Shown here one piece after another: positions 1 through 8,799 of a DNA stretch of 63,244 nucleotides. Position 1 is the first letter of the stretch. Each line of letters begins with the position of its first letter. The notes under the pieces were generated by a model that did not search any database, was not told where the DNA came from, and worked only from the letters and a program-made list of their open reading frames with translations. The position numbers were made by a program, and so were the translations under genes. The stretch is from the NCBI GenBank assembly GCA_902526865.1, contig CABZMK010000005.1, positions 1-63,244 on the forward strand, given 5' to 3'. The stretch is from an uncultured Alphaproteobacteria bacterium. GTDB taxonomy: Bacteria; Pseudomonadota; Alphaproteobacteria; Methylaequorales; Methylaequoraceae.

Positions 1-1
1 T

Positions 2-1237
2 GAATGCTTTGAAATAAGTGAGAAGTCAAATAAATCAAAATGTATCAATCTGTTAAAAGAAGTTGGTATTGAAAATCCAGAACAAAGACTTTCTCATTAT
101 CCACATCAGTTATCTGGAGGACAAAAACAAAGAGTTATGATTGCAATGGCAATAGCTAATAACCCTGACCTATTAATTGCTGATGAACCAACAACTGCGC
201 TTGACGTTACCATACAAAAACAAATTTTGGATTTATTGGATAAATTAAGAAAGAAATATAACATGTCACTTTTGCTAATCACTCATGACTTAGGAATTGT
301 TAAAGATATCTCTGACAGGGTTTGCGTTATGAGACAAGGAGAAATTGTTGAACAAAACAACACTAATAAATTATTTAATCAACCTAATCATAGCTATACA
401 AAAAAACTAATTAACTCAAAACCAAGAGAGAAAAAATTTCAAAAAAAGAAAAGTGGGGTTATTTTATCTGTAAAAAATCTTAATGTTTTCTACAAAAATA
501 AAAATAGTTTTCTTTTCAAAAATAAAGATGATTATTTTCAAGCTGTAAAAAATTTAAGTTTTGAAATCATTAAAGGAGAAACTTTAGGAATTGTGGGTGA
601 AAGTGGATCAGGAAAAAGTTCTATTGCCCAAGCTTTGATAAAATTAGTATCTTCAGAAGGAAGTGTTTTCTTTAAAAATAAAAATATTTCAGATTTAAGT
701 GAAAAAAAATTTAGACCTTTTCGAAAAGATATTCAGATAATTTTTCAGGATCCATTTGCTTCTTTAAGTCCCAGATTAACAATTCAAGATATAGTTAGCG
801 AGGGTTTGGAAGTTCATTATAAAGAAAAATCAAAAAAAGAAATCATAGATTTAACAAAACAAATGATTATTGATGTTGGACTTGATTCTTCCATGCTTTC
901 ACGATACCCACATGAGTTTTCTGGAGGACAAAGGCAAAGAATTGCGATTGCGAGGGCTCTTATTCTCAATCCAGAATTAATAATTCTTGACGAACCTACT
1001 AGTGCTCTAGATATGACTGTTCAATCGCAAATTGTGGATTTACTTTTGAATCTTCAAGAAAAGAAAAAGTTAACCTACATATTCATTAGTCACGACTTAA
1101 AAATTATTAAAGCATTGTCTGATAAAATCATGGTAATGAAATCTGGAAATATTGTAGAATTTGAGGAGAAAAAGAAAATTTTTTCTAGACCTAAAGATCA
1201 ATATACTAGGCGTCTACTAAATTCTGCATATTTTTAA
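2..1237 (+). CDS. Peptide/oligopeptide ABC transporter ATP-binding protein with two ABC domains (YejF-like), 5'-truncated by the window
   Basis: The frame is open back to base 2 ([18 protein letters not shown]). LLIADEPT Walker B, then a second domain with [20 protein letters not shown] and ILDEPT. Confidence 0.9.
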   Translation, partial: ECFEISEKSNKSKCINLLKEVGIENPEQRLSHYPHQLSGGQKQRVMIAMAIANNPDLLIADEPTTALDVTIQKQILDLLDKLRKKYNMSLLLITHDLGIVKDISDRVCVMRQGEIVEQNNTNKLFNQPNHSYTKKLINSKPREKKFQKKKSGVILSVKNLNVFYKNKNSFLFKNKDDYFQAVKNLSFEIIKGETLGIVGESGSGKSSIAQALIKLVSSEGSVFFKNKNISDLSEKKFRPFRKDIQIIFQDPFASLSPRLTIQDIVSEGLEVHYKEKSKKEIIDLTKQMIIDVGLDSSMLSRYPHEFSGGQRQRIAIARALILNPELIILDEPTSALDMTVQSQIVDLLLNLQEKKKLTYIFISHDLKIIKALSDKIMVMKSGNIVEFEEKKKIFSRPKDQYTRRLLNSAYF

Positions 1238-2580
1238 AACTTTTTGAAAAAATCTAAAAGTGCTCTTATACCCATAGCTTCACCACCTTCATATGAACTA
1301 TATTTATTGGCTCTTGTCCAAGCCATAAGATCAATATGAATCCAAGGAGTGTTCTTAACAAATTTTTGTAAAAATAAAGCTGCTGTGATCGCTCCTCCAA
1401 ACACACTATTTCCAATGTTCTTAAAATCTGCATGTTCCGAATTTAATTGATTAAGATAATTATCCCATAAAGGAAGTTGCCAAAGAGGATCTCCTGTTTT
1501 CTCAGAAGAATCAATTAATTTCATAGCTATATCGTCATCATTACAAAAAAAACTCGGTACCTCTAATCCCATAGCAACTCTCGATGCACCAGTCAATGTT
1601 GCCATATCAACTATCAAATCAGGCTTACTTTCAGATGCATAAGTAATGGCATCAGCAAGTATTAGTCTTCCTTCCGCATCCGTATCACCAATTTCGACAA
1701 AACTTCCTTCTCTACTTTTTACAATATCAGACGGTCTCATCGATTTTTTTGATATTGAATTTTCAACTAAGCATAACAACAAATGTAAATCTATTTTAAT
1801 TTCAAAATCACTTAACAGCTTGGCAAGACCAATACAATTAGCTGCACCTCCCATATCCTTTTTCATCAAAGACATACCAGTACCTGTTTTGATATTTAAA
1901 CCACCCGTATCAAAGGAGACTCCTTTTCCAATAAGAAAAATTTTTTTCTTATATTTTGTTTTTGATTTGAATTCGCAAAAAATTGGTTGTCTATTGGCGC
2001 TTGCTCCAATACCAACAGCTGAAATCAGTGGAAAATTATTTTCTAAACTCTTACCAAATTTCAAATTAACCACATCAAATTTTTTTAGATACTTTTTAGC
2101 TGAATTATAAATTTCCCTAGGACCTAAGATATTTGCTGGTGTATTTATTAAATCTCGTACATAAGAATATGATTCACTAATTGATTTAATTTCTGACGAT
2201 GATTCAAAATAAATCTTTGCATTATTTTTTTTAGTTTTCTTTTTAGACTTAAATTTATCGAAAGAATATTCAGCTAAGTGCCATCCGATAAAAAAATTTT
2301 TTATATCTGTTTTCTTACTACCAAAATACTCAATAAAAAAGTTTCCAGATTTTACAGATTTTCTAATCGCCAATCCAACTAACAACAATCTATGATTTTT
2401 TTGAAGTGTGTTAAGATTTGATATTTTTGTCAAATTGATTAATACCCTCTCTTCAGTCTTTGAAACCGAATAAGAATAAAATTCTTCAAAACATGTGTCC
2501 TTAAATTTTTTGGGAACCTGATCATTAGAAAAAAAAATAGAAATTGGGGTTTTTGCAAATTGTTTTCTTTTACTTGTCAT
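1234..2580 (-). CDS. M17 family leucyl aminopeptidase
   Basis: GKGVSFDTGG, MKKDMGGAA, DTDAEGRLILAD and DMATLTGA metal-binding motifs. Confidence 0.95.
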   Translation of the reverse strand: MTSKRKQFAKTPISIFFSNDQVPKKFKDTCFEEFYSYSVSKTEERVLINLTKISNLNTLQKNHRLLLVGLAIRKSVKSGNFFIEYFGSKKTDIKNFFIGWHLAEYSFDKFKSKKKTKKNNAKIYFESSSEIKSISESYSYVRDLINTPANILGPREIYNSAKKYLKKFDVVNLKFGKSLENNFPLISAVGIGASANRQPIFCEFKSKTKYKKKIFLIGKGVSFDTGGLNIKTGTGMSLMKKDMGGAANCIGLAKLLSDFEIKIDLHLLLCLVENSISKKSMRPSDIVKSREGSFVEIGDTDAEGRLILADAITYASESKPDLIVDMATLTGASRVAMGLEVPSFFCNDDDIAMKLIDSSEKTGDPLWQLPLWDNYLNQLNSEHADFKNIGNSVFGGAITAALFLQKFVKNTPWIHIDLMAWTRANKYSSYEGGEAMGIRALLDFFKKF

Positions 2581-2633
2581 TATTTTCTTTGGAATATATA
2601 TTTGTTTTTTTTAAGCAATGAAAAAGGGGATAC

Positions 2634-4049
2634 ATGAACATTTCACTTAAACTTAACATTTTTTTATTAACATTTCTTTCATTTAATTTTCTTCCTGAGC
2701 TTAGTTTGGCAGCAAGTGCATCTGAAGGACCAACCTCACTAAACATGATTTTTAGTCCGATTGGTATTTTTAGTATACTAATTTTTATCATTGCTTATGG
2801 ATTTGTAATGGCGGAAGAATTTACTCACTTTCGAAAATCCAAACCAGTAATTATAGCTGCCACTTTCATTTGGGTTCTAATTGCATACGTGGCTTCCCAA
2901 GATCCGTCTATTTCTCCAAAATGGGCTGAAACGCAGTTTAGACACGTGGTTCTAGAATTTGCAGAACTATTCTTTTTCCTTTTCGTTGCAATGGCTTATG
3001 TAAATTCCTTAACTGAAAGAAGAATGTTTGATGCACTATGTTCGTGGTTATCAAATAATAATTTTAGCTATAAAAAGATCTTTTTAATTTCAGGGGTCAT
3101 TGCTTTTTTTCTATCTCCTATTGCTGATAATTTAACCACTGCACTAATTCTTGGAACAGTTGTAATGGTTGCTGGAAGAGGTAATAAAGCCTTTATAGTT
3201 CCTGGGCTTATAAACATTGTTGTTGCTGCAAATGCAGGTGGAGCTTTTTCACCCTTTGGTGATATTACAACCTTGATGGTATGGCAACGTGGATTTGTCT
3301 CATTCTTTGATTTCTTTAATATTTTCGTTCCATCAGTTGTTAATTATGTTGTTCCAGCTGCTATAATGTATTTTGCAATACCTAATGAAATTCCAAAGGG
3401 TGATGGAAAAAAAGTACAAATCCTTCCAGGAGGCAATGTTATAGCCTTCTTGGGGATTTTAACAATCACGCTAACTGTTACCGGTCATAATGTTCTTCAT
3501 ATGCCGCCAATCCTTGGCATGATGTTTGGATTAGGAATGTTAGGAACATACGGTTATTTTCTTAAAATTAAAAATCCTGATAAAAATAAATTTGATATTT
3601 TTGTTATAACAGGAAGAGCTGAGTGGGATACCCTTTTATTCTTTTATGGAATATTGGTTGCAGTTGGTGGTCTCGCGTCTCTTGGGTATTTACAATTAAT
3701 CTCTGGACCCATGTATGAAACGCTCGGTGCTACTAATGCAAATATTTTGGTAGGTATTCTTTCAGCTATAATCGATAATATCCCTATCGTTTATGCTGTA
3801 TTAACTGCTCATCCTGAAATGGATATGGGGCAATGGTTGTTAATTACTTTAACTGCAGGAACTGGTGGGTCTTTATTGTCGATTGGTTCTGCAGCAGGAG
3901 TTGCTTTAATGGGCCAAGCCAGAGGTGTGTACACTTTCTTTGCACATTTAAAATGGGCATGGGCTATCTTACTTGGATATGCTGCTTGTATCATTGTTCA
4001 TCTTTTGATCAATCAACATCTATTTGATTTGATACCGCTAGAAAGATAA
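2634..4049 (+). CDS. nhaD: Na+/H+ antiporter, NhaD family
   Basis: Multi-TM protein with EEFTHFRKSKP, SPIADNLTTAL, AANAGGAFSPFGDITTLMVW and GGSLLSIGSAAGVALMG. Confidence 0.9.
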   Translation: MNISLKLNIFLLTFLSFNFLPELSLAASASEGPTSLNMIFSPIGIFSILIFIIAYGFVMAEEFTHFRKSKPVIIAATFIWVLIAYVASQDPSISPKWAETQFRHVVLEFAELFFFLFVAMAYVNSLTERRMFDALCSWLSNNNFSYKKIFLISGVIAFFLSPIADNLTTALILGTVVMVAGRGNKAFIVPGLINIVVAANAGGAFSPFGDITTLMVWQRGFVSFFDFFNIFVPSVVNYVVPAAIMYFAIPNEIPKGDGKKVQILPGGNVIAFLGILTITLTVTGHNVLHMPPILGMMFGLGMLGTYGYFLKIKNPDKNKFDIFVITGRAEWDTLLFFYGILVAVGGLASLGYLQLISGPMYETLGATNANILVGILSAIIDNIPIVYAVLTAHPEMDMGQWLLITLTAGTGGSLLSIGSAAGVALMGQARGVYTFFAHLKWAWAILLGYAACIIVHLLINQHLFDLIPLER

Positions 4050-4210
4050 TTGTAATTAATAAAGGTAAGAAGATTTTTTAATTTTTGTTTCTAAAAAGTA
4101 AAAGAGTGACTGATGTCAAATTTGTAATTTGAGGTCGGAACCTTTTCAAAGTTAAATCTAATGTGTGTTGTGAATAAAATTGTAATGATTAGCTATCTAT
4201 ATAAACCAAT

Positions 4211-4774
4211 TTATTCTTTTTCAATTCCAATTTCATAAAGTTCGAAATTAGCTTCTTCGATTTTTCCAGTAACTGCATCAACATCAACTTTTATTTCGTA
4301 ACCAGTGTTAGTTTGAATATCAAATTCGTAGGTAAGTGTTCCGTCCATACCAATTTCTCTTTCTTCAGCAACAACTCTTCCGGGATGAATTTTTAATGCA
4401 TAATCTTTGGCTTGTTGCAGTGTAACCTTGGCTCCACTTTTGAAAATAGGATTATTCTCGTCAACTTCCCTTTCAACTTCTATGATGAATCCCTCTTCTG
4501 CATTACATTCGACGTTATAAGTTGAACCATCTTTAGAAGATTCAATATCAAACTCATAAATAGGGTCGTCTCCTTCGATTTTAAATTCTAATTTTCTGGC
4601 ATGACCTGGAACTGTGTCGTAGGCTTGATCAAGACATTGTTCGACTTTAACGATATCATATAACTTAATATCATCGAGATCAAAATTATCATTAGCTTTT
4701 ACAGCACTGTCAATTGCTAGAAACGGGATAAGTGCTAAAGTGCAAAGAAATTTTTTGATTATCATAAGTCTCAT
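4211..4774 (-). CDS. Secreted acidic protein with two PepSY domains, lanpepsy (LanP)-like
   Basis: Signal peptide from ATG 4774 (or 4765). Two repeats of YEFDI...V(E/D)xxAxxGxIxE, a Cys pair in repeat 1, and about 40 Asp/Glu in about 160 mature residues. The ORF-track start at 4816 overlaps the receptor gene and is unlikely. Confidence 0.8.
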   Translation of the reverse strand: MRLMIIKKFLCTLALIPFLAIDSAVKANDNFDLDDIKLYDIVKVEQCLDQAYDTVPGHARKLEFKIEGDDPIYEFDIESSKDGSTYNVECNAEEGFIIEVEREVDENNPIFKSGAKVTLQQAKDYALKIHPGRVVAEEREIGMDGTLTYEFDIQTNTGYEIKVDVDAVTGKIEEANFELYEIGIEKE

Positions 4775-4809
4775 ATAGTCAAAATTTAATCTATAACAAC
4801 ATATTAATT

Positions 4810-7320
4810 CTACCATGTAAATTTCATACCGCCAAAGACTGTGAGTGGTTGACCTGGCGTAACAAAAGTTCCACTGCCTCCTGTTCCGTCAACCTCATTT
4901 TCAGCTAAAATTCCACCACTCTCAAAATTTGTATCTAGAAGATTTCTTCCTTCAAAAAATACTGAAGTACTGAATCCGCCTGCATCAGCATTCGCTCTTG
5001 GAACTGTGTATTCCAAAGAAGCGTTTAGAAGAAAATAGCCAGGAACTTGTTTTCCTTCCGCGTTATTTTCGTCTCCTCTATAGAACTGTCTTGAATTATA
5101 TTCTGCATCTACAAATAATCCTAAACCATCAAAAGGAATAAAACCAATGCCGACCCTACCAATGTGGGGAGATACTCCAGGTATAGCGTCACCTGGTCCA
5201 ACTTGAATTTGATATGATTCTCTGGCTTCACAGGAATTTTTATCAGCTGTAGCTGCAGCATCACCACCAGCACCATATGCTTCGGGACCTGAACATGGAT
5301 GAGGGTTTTCTGAGTGTCCGGCACTTGCAATCTTTTGATGAGTTTCAAATGAAGCCCTAACATATGAATAATTACCATACCAAGTAATGTTTTTTCCTAG
5401 TTTACCATTTATGGCTAACTCAGTCCCCATTCTTTGAGTATTACCAACATTTCTAAAATAACCTGTCCCAACTCTGTTTCCACCAATAAAAATGATGTCG
5501 TTGTAGTTTCGTCCAGCAAAAGCTGTTGCATTCCAATTAACACTGTGATCTGAACCAAATAAATTAAGACCTTCTTTTAAGCCCCTTGCTCCAAACTCAA
5601 AGCTTCTATTTTTTACTTCATCTAAAGGAGGGTCAGCTTGAAATGAGTTTGGAAGTCTGCACGGTTGAGCGGGGTCAGCACAACCAAGCTCTGCAACTGA
5701 AGGGTTGCGACTCGACTCTTTGTATGTTACATATACTGTGGTATTGCCAAACGCGAACATGTCGCCTAACTTTCTGGTTATTCCAACTCCAGGATTAAAT
5801 TCATTGAAAAAATGGTGACCTTCAAGTGCCGAGGAGAATTGGTCTTCCATTTTAAGAGAAGCCCAATTCCATCTTCCAGACAAATTCAAAGAAGTAACAT
5901 CATCCAAATCAATTGTGTTACTTCCATATAAAGCTAAGTTATGTGTTGTTGCTTCGAGATTAGTTATAAAAATATTTTCACCCTCGGAATCTTGACTGAG
6001 AAGAACACCAGTACCTTGAACGCCTCTGTCAGACTGAATTATGCCAAGTTCTGTTGAAGAAGCAAAACTATTATGCGAGAATTCATAAGCAAGGCCTGTA
6101 ATGAGTGTGTTATTTTTATCATATAAATTATGATCAAGTGTTGACTGAAAGTTTAAACCCATTTGATTTTGCTTCGTGTTAGATCTATTAATTGCACCAA
6201 TACTTTCAACTTCGTTTTCATCACTTTCAAGCTCCAAGCCGAGGTTAACGTAATTAATTGCAGCTCCTGATACATCAAGATATTGTTCGGTGGATCCTCC
6301 AGTAATTTCCAACTCTGAGCAAAGAATGCCATCAGCTGCTCCTTTGGTAAAATTGTATCCTTTTCCACAATCACCTGCTTCAAACTCATCGCCATTATAA
6401 TTTCTTCTTTCCATATGACGGTAGAAGATATTGCCCTGAACTGACAACTTATCATTGACAAAATGATTCCCACCAAAATTAGCATAATAATTTTTATTAT
6501 GCGTGTTGTCAGGATAAGTATAGACAGCGTCTCTTCCCTCTAAATCCATTAATGTTAAAGGTACGGCACCGTTACCTCTTAAATCTGTATAAGCTTGGCC
6601 AAAATTTACAAAAAGTTCTGTGTCTTCATTTGGTCTGTACCTTACATCTCCATAAACAGTGTTTAAATATGATTCAGAATGTTCTCTATACCCATTGTCG
6701 TAATTGAAATTTGCTCCTAAATATACACCAAGGTTTCCAAATTCTTGTCCATATTCAAGAATCTCATTTGTTCTTCCATGACTACCTCCAGAGGTGGTTA
6801 CGCTTGCATCTTGAAAATTAAAACCGTTCTTCATTTCCATTGTGATCGCTCCTCCAAGTGCATTTTGACCAAAAATCGGATCTCCGCCTGTAAAAATTTG
6901 CATGCTGTGAGTTGCAAAATCAGGAACTAAGTCCCATTGAACAACTTCTCCAAAAGATTCGTTTATTCTCATACCATTCTGATAAACAGCTATAGATTGG
7001 GCTGTGCCTAAAAGAGGACCACCAACGTAACCTCTAAAATTAATGTCATTCTGCATAGGGGAACTGTTTAAATTAAACAATGAAATCCCTGTTGTTTCTC
7101 TGTTTAATGTTTCTGTAATTGATAAATTCTTTTTTTTGCCAAGTTGGGCTCTGTTAATTGTCTGAATTTTACCTGGAACCCTGTCGATGTCTAAGCCCGA
7201 ACCTTGAACTGGTGTTACCGATATTATGTTTACATCAGGCGCAACGTAAGTTCTGTCTTGGGCCATTGAAATAGTCGAGGTTGACAATAAAATTATAATT
7301 AATGAGCAACCTTTTTTCAT
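4810..7320 (-). CDS. TonB-dependent outer-membrane receptor (LutH/LanA-like by recalled motifs)
   Basis: Signal peptide, TonB-box-like PDVNIIS, plug motif NGMRINESFGEVVQWDLVP...FGQNALGGA, ELGCADPAQPCRLPN...DPPL, and C-terminal GMKFTW beta-signal. TBDR call is firm; subfamily call is moderate. Confidence 0.92.
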   Translation of the reverse strand: MKKGCSLIIILLSTSTISMAQDRTYVAPDVNIISVTPVQGSGLDIDRVPGKIQTINRAQLGKKKNLSITETLNRETTGISLFNLNSSPMQNDINFRGYVGGPLLGTAQSIAVYQNGMRINESFGEVVQWDLVPDFATHSMQIFTGGDPIFGQNALGGAITMEMKNGFNFQDASVTTSGGSHGRTNEILEYGQEFGNLGVYLGANFNYDNGYREHSESYLNTVYGDVRYRPNEDTELFVNFGQAYTDLRGNGAVPLTLMDLEGRDAVYTYPDNTHNKNYYANFGGNHFVNDKLSVQGNIFYRHMERRNYNGDEFEAGDCGKGYNFTKGAADGILCSELEITGGSTEQYLDVSGAAINYVNLGLELESDENEVESIGAINRSNTKQNQMGLNFQSTLDHNLYDKNNTLITGLAYEFSHNSFASSTELGIIQSDRGVQGTGVLLSQDSEGENIFITNLEATTHNLALYGSNTIDLDDVTSLNLSGRWNWASLKMEDQFSSALEGHHFFNEFNPGVGITRKLGDMFAFGNTTVYVTYKESSRNPSVAELGCADPAQPCRLPNSFQADPPLDEVKNRSFEFGARGLKEGLNLFGSDHSVNWNATAFAGRNYNDIIFIGGNRVGTGYFRNVGNTQRMGTELAINGKLGKNITWYGNYSYVRASFETHQKIASAGHSENPHPCSGPEAYGAGGDAAATADKNSCEARESYQIQVGPGDAIPGVSPHIGRVGIGFIPFDGLGLFVDAEYNSRQFYRGDENNAEGKQVPGYFLLNASLEYTVPRANADAGGFSTSVFFEGRNLLDTNFESGGILAENEVDGTGGSGTFVTPGQPLTVFGGMKFTW

Positions 7321-7338
7321 ACTTCCAACAAAACTTTA

Positions 7339-7356
7339 GATCTATGTTGATCTATG
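7339..7356. repeat. Tandem direct repeat GATCTATG x2 (10-bp period) just upstream of the receptor start
   Basis: GATCTATG at 7339-7346 and 7349-7356, read directly. Function is inferred. Confidence 0.5.
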
Positions 7357-7381
7357 CTATAAATATATTTGACCTTGTCAA
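7354..7381 (-). promoter_or_regulatory. Candidate sigma70 promoter for the receptor operon, overlapping the palindrome TTGAC-N3-GTCAA
   Basis: Minus strand TTGACA (7381-7376), 16-nt spacer, TAGCAT (7359-7354). Palindrome at 7369-7381. Confidence 0.35.
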
Positions 7382-7408
7382 TATTGTTTTAAAACTTATG
7401 TTAATAAC

Positions 7409-7858
7409 ATGTTCGCTATATTTGAAAAACTAAAAAAAGAAAATATTAAAACTCAAGAACTCTCATCCATTGACAAAGCTATTTTAATATCGACCCTTTT
7501 AGTTGAATGTGCTAGAAGCGATGATAATTTTACTGATACAGAAAAAGTGCAAATAAAAAAAATTTTAAAGAATAAGTTACATCTCGATGATTCTGAGGTT
7601 GAAAAATGTTTTGAAACAGCTAACGAAAGCTCTGAAAAAAGCATTGAAATTTATTCTTTAACCAAAGAAATCAGAGATAATTTTGATAAAGACGAAATAC
7701 TCTTCATTTTTGAGTTGCTCTGGAAAATAATTTTATCAGACGGTATCATCGATGATTTTGAGTCTTCAATGATGACAAAACTCACTGGATTATTTCATTT
7801 AACAGGAAAAGAAAACGCAGATGCAAAAAAAAATGCGCAAATTGCACTTAATCTTTAA
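7409..7858 (+). CDS. TerB family (tellurite-resistance-like) protein
   Basis: LLVECARSDDNFTDTE and IILSDGIIDDFE match the TerB-fold pattern. Confidence 0.8.
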   Translation: MFAIFEKLKKENIKTQELSSIDKAILISTLLVECARSDDNFTDTEKVQIKKILKNKLHLDDSEVEKCFETANESSEKSIEIYSLTKEIRDNFDKDEILFIFELLWKIILSDGIIDDFESSMMTKLTGLFHLTGKENADAKKNAQIALNL

Positions 7859-8141
7859 AATAATCAGATTTACGCATTTTTATTTTTTTTCTAGAGACTT
7901 CAAACCTTTTTCTGTTCTTGATAGATTTAGAATGGACCCTCTCTCTCCATAATCTAAAGCTTTTTGTTTTTAAAGTCCTTCGCATTATTTTAATTACATC
8001 AGATTCAGATTTTCCAGTTTTTTCAAATATTTCCTCAAATGTAATTCTATCAGCCCATGCGGCCCAAATTATCCAATCTGGGTCTGAAATATTAGGTTCT
8101 TTATTCTTAACTTTTGTTTCTGGTCTATTTGATTTTTTCAC
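7848..8141 (-). CDS. TIGR03643/DUF2805 family protein
   Basis: IWAAWADRITFEEI...ESDVIKIMRRTLKTKSFRLWRERV. Confidence 0.85.
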   Translation of the reverse strand: MKKSNRPETKVKNKEPNISDPDWIIWAAWADRITFEEIFEKTGKSESDVIKIMRRTLKTKSFRLWRERVHSKSIKNRKRFEVSRKKIKMRKSDYFKD

Positions 8142-8144
8142 AAC

Positions 8145-8687
8145 TTAGAATAGTTCGCCTTCTAAAATATCCAATTGTGCTTCAAAATTCTTTCCAAAAG
8201 CGACAAATCCAATACTTTTTATATCTGACGAGTTAAAGAGTGATGGTTGATAAAAATTAGATTTTTTAAAATCCTTAAATAAAATTTCATGATCTTTCCA
8301 AGCTTCTGTAACGACAAATTTTCCGGAATAATATTGCCATGGCAACAAGAGAAAAGATGTCCTAATGTGAATAAAATATTCACTTGGCAAACCTCTTGCC
8401 TTTATTCTAATTCCATTTAAGTTTTCTTCATCAATTTCAAAGTTACACCTTATTTGAATAAAACCCCCATTATTTTCAGTACTAACAACACCACTAAGTC
8501 TTAAAAAATTATTTTTTTTATCTTTTAATATTTCAAATTTACCCTCAGATATTCCTCCCATTACTTTATCTGAAACAAATTCCCATTTTTTTGAAGAATT
8601 TTCTGATTCAATGTTTTGAAGTAAATCCATTGCATTTATTTTGTTAACTAATATAAAAAAAAATATTAAAAAGAAATGAAATTTCAT
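8145..8687 (-). CDS. CIA30/NDUFAF1-like protein
   Basis: WEFVSDKVMGGISEG, LSGVVSTENNGGFIQIR, and an N-terminal hydrophobic leader. Confidence 0.88.
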   Translation of the reverse strand: MKFHFFLIFFFILVNKINAMDLLQNIESENSSKKWEFVSDKVMGGISEGKFEILKDKKNNFLRLSGVVSTENNGGFIQIRCNFEIDEENLNGIRIKARGLPSEYFIHIRTSFLLLPWQYYSGKFVVTEAWKDHEILFKDFKKSNFYQPSLFNSSDIKSIGFVAFGKNFEAQLDILEGELF

Positions 8688-8799
8688 TTTATAATCGTAT
8701 CATTAGAGACAATTAAAATCTAACCAATGATTAAAAAATTATATTTAAAATTTATTAAAAAAGTGAGGTTTAGAATGTTTATTAAATATGTGAATTGGA

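Noticed and set aside
1646-2110. 154-aa antisense ORF inside the aminopeptidase gene
   Set aside because: Shadow of a well-conserved gene on the other strand, with no motifs. The same applies to the other antisense ORFs in the track (for example 16144, 24392, 27629, 35641, 39430, 49899, 57711).
4131-4150. GAGGTCGGAACC...AAA faintly resembles the tRNA-Ser 3' end (possible att site)
   Set aside because: Too short and gapped to distinguish from chance, and no integrase is present.
5121-6485. Same-strand alternative-frame ORFs (5121-5378, 6153-6485) inside the TonB-dependent receptor
   Set aside because: The receptor frame is continuous for 836 aa. These look like by-products of codon bias and have no recognisable features.
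7321-7408. Possible cobalamin/TPP riboswitch or Fur/Irr box upstream of the receptor
   Set aside because: Only 88 nt, with no riboswitch core. TTTAGATCT matches only half of an Irr ICE.
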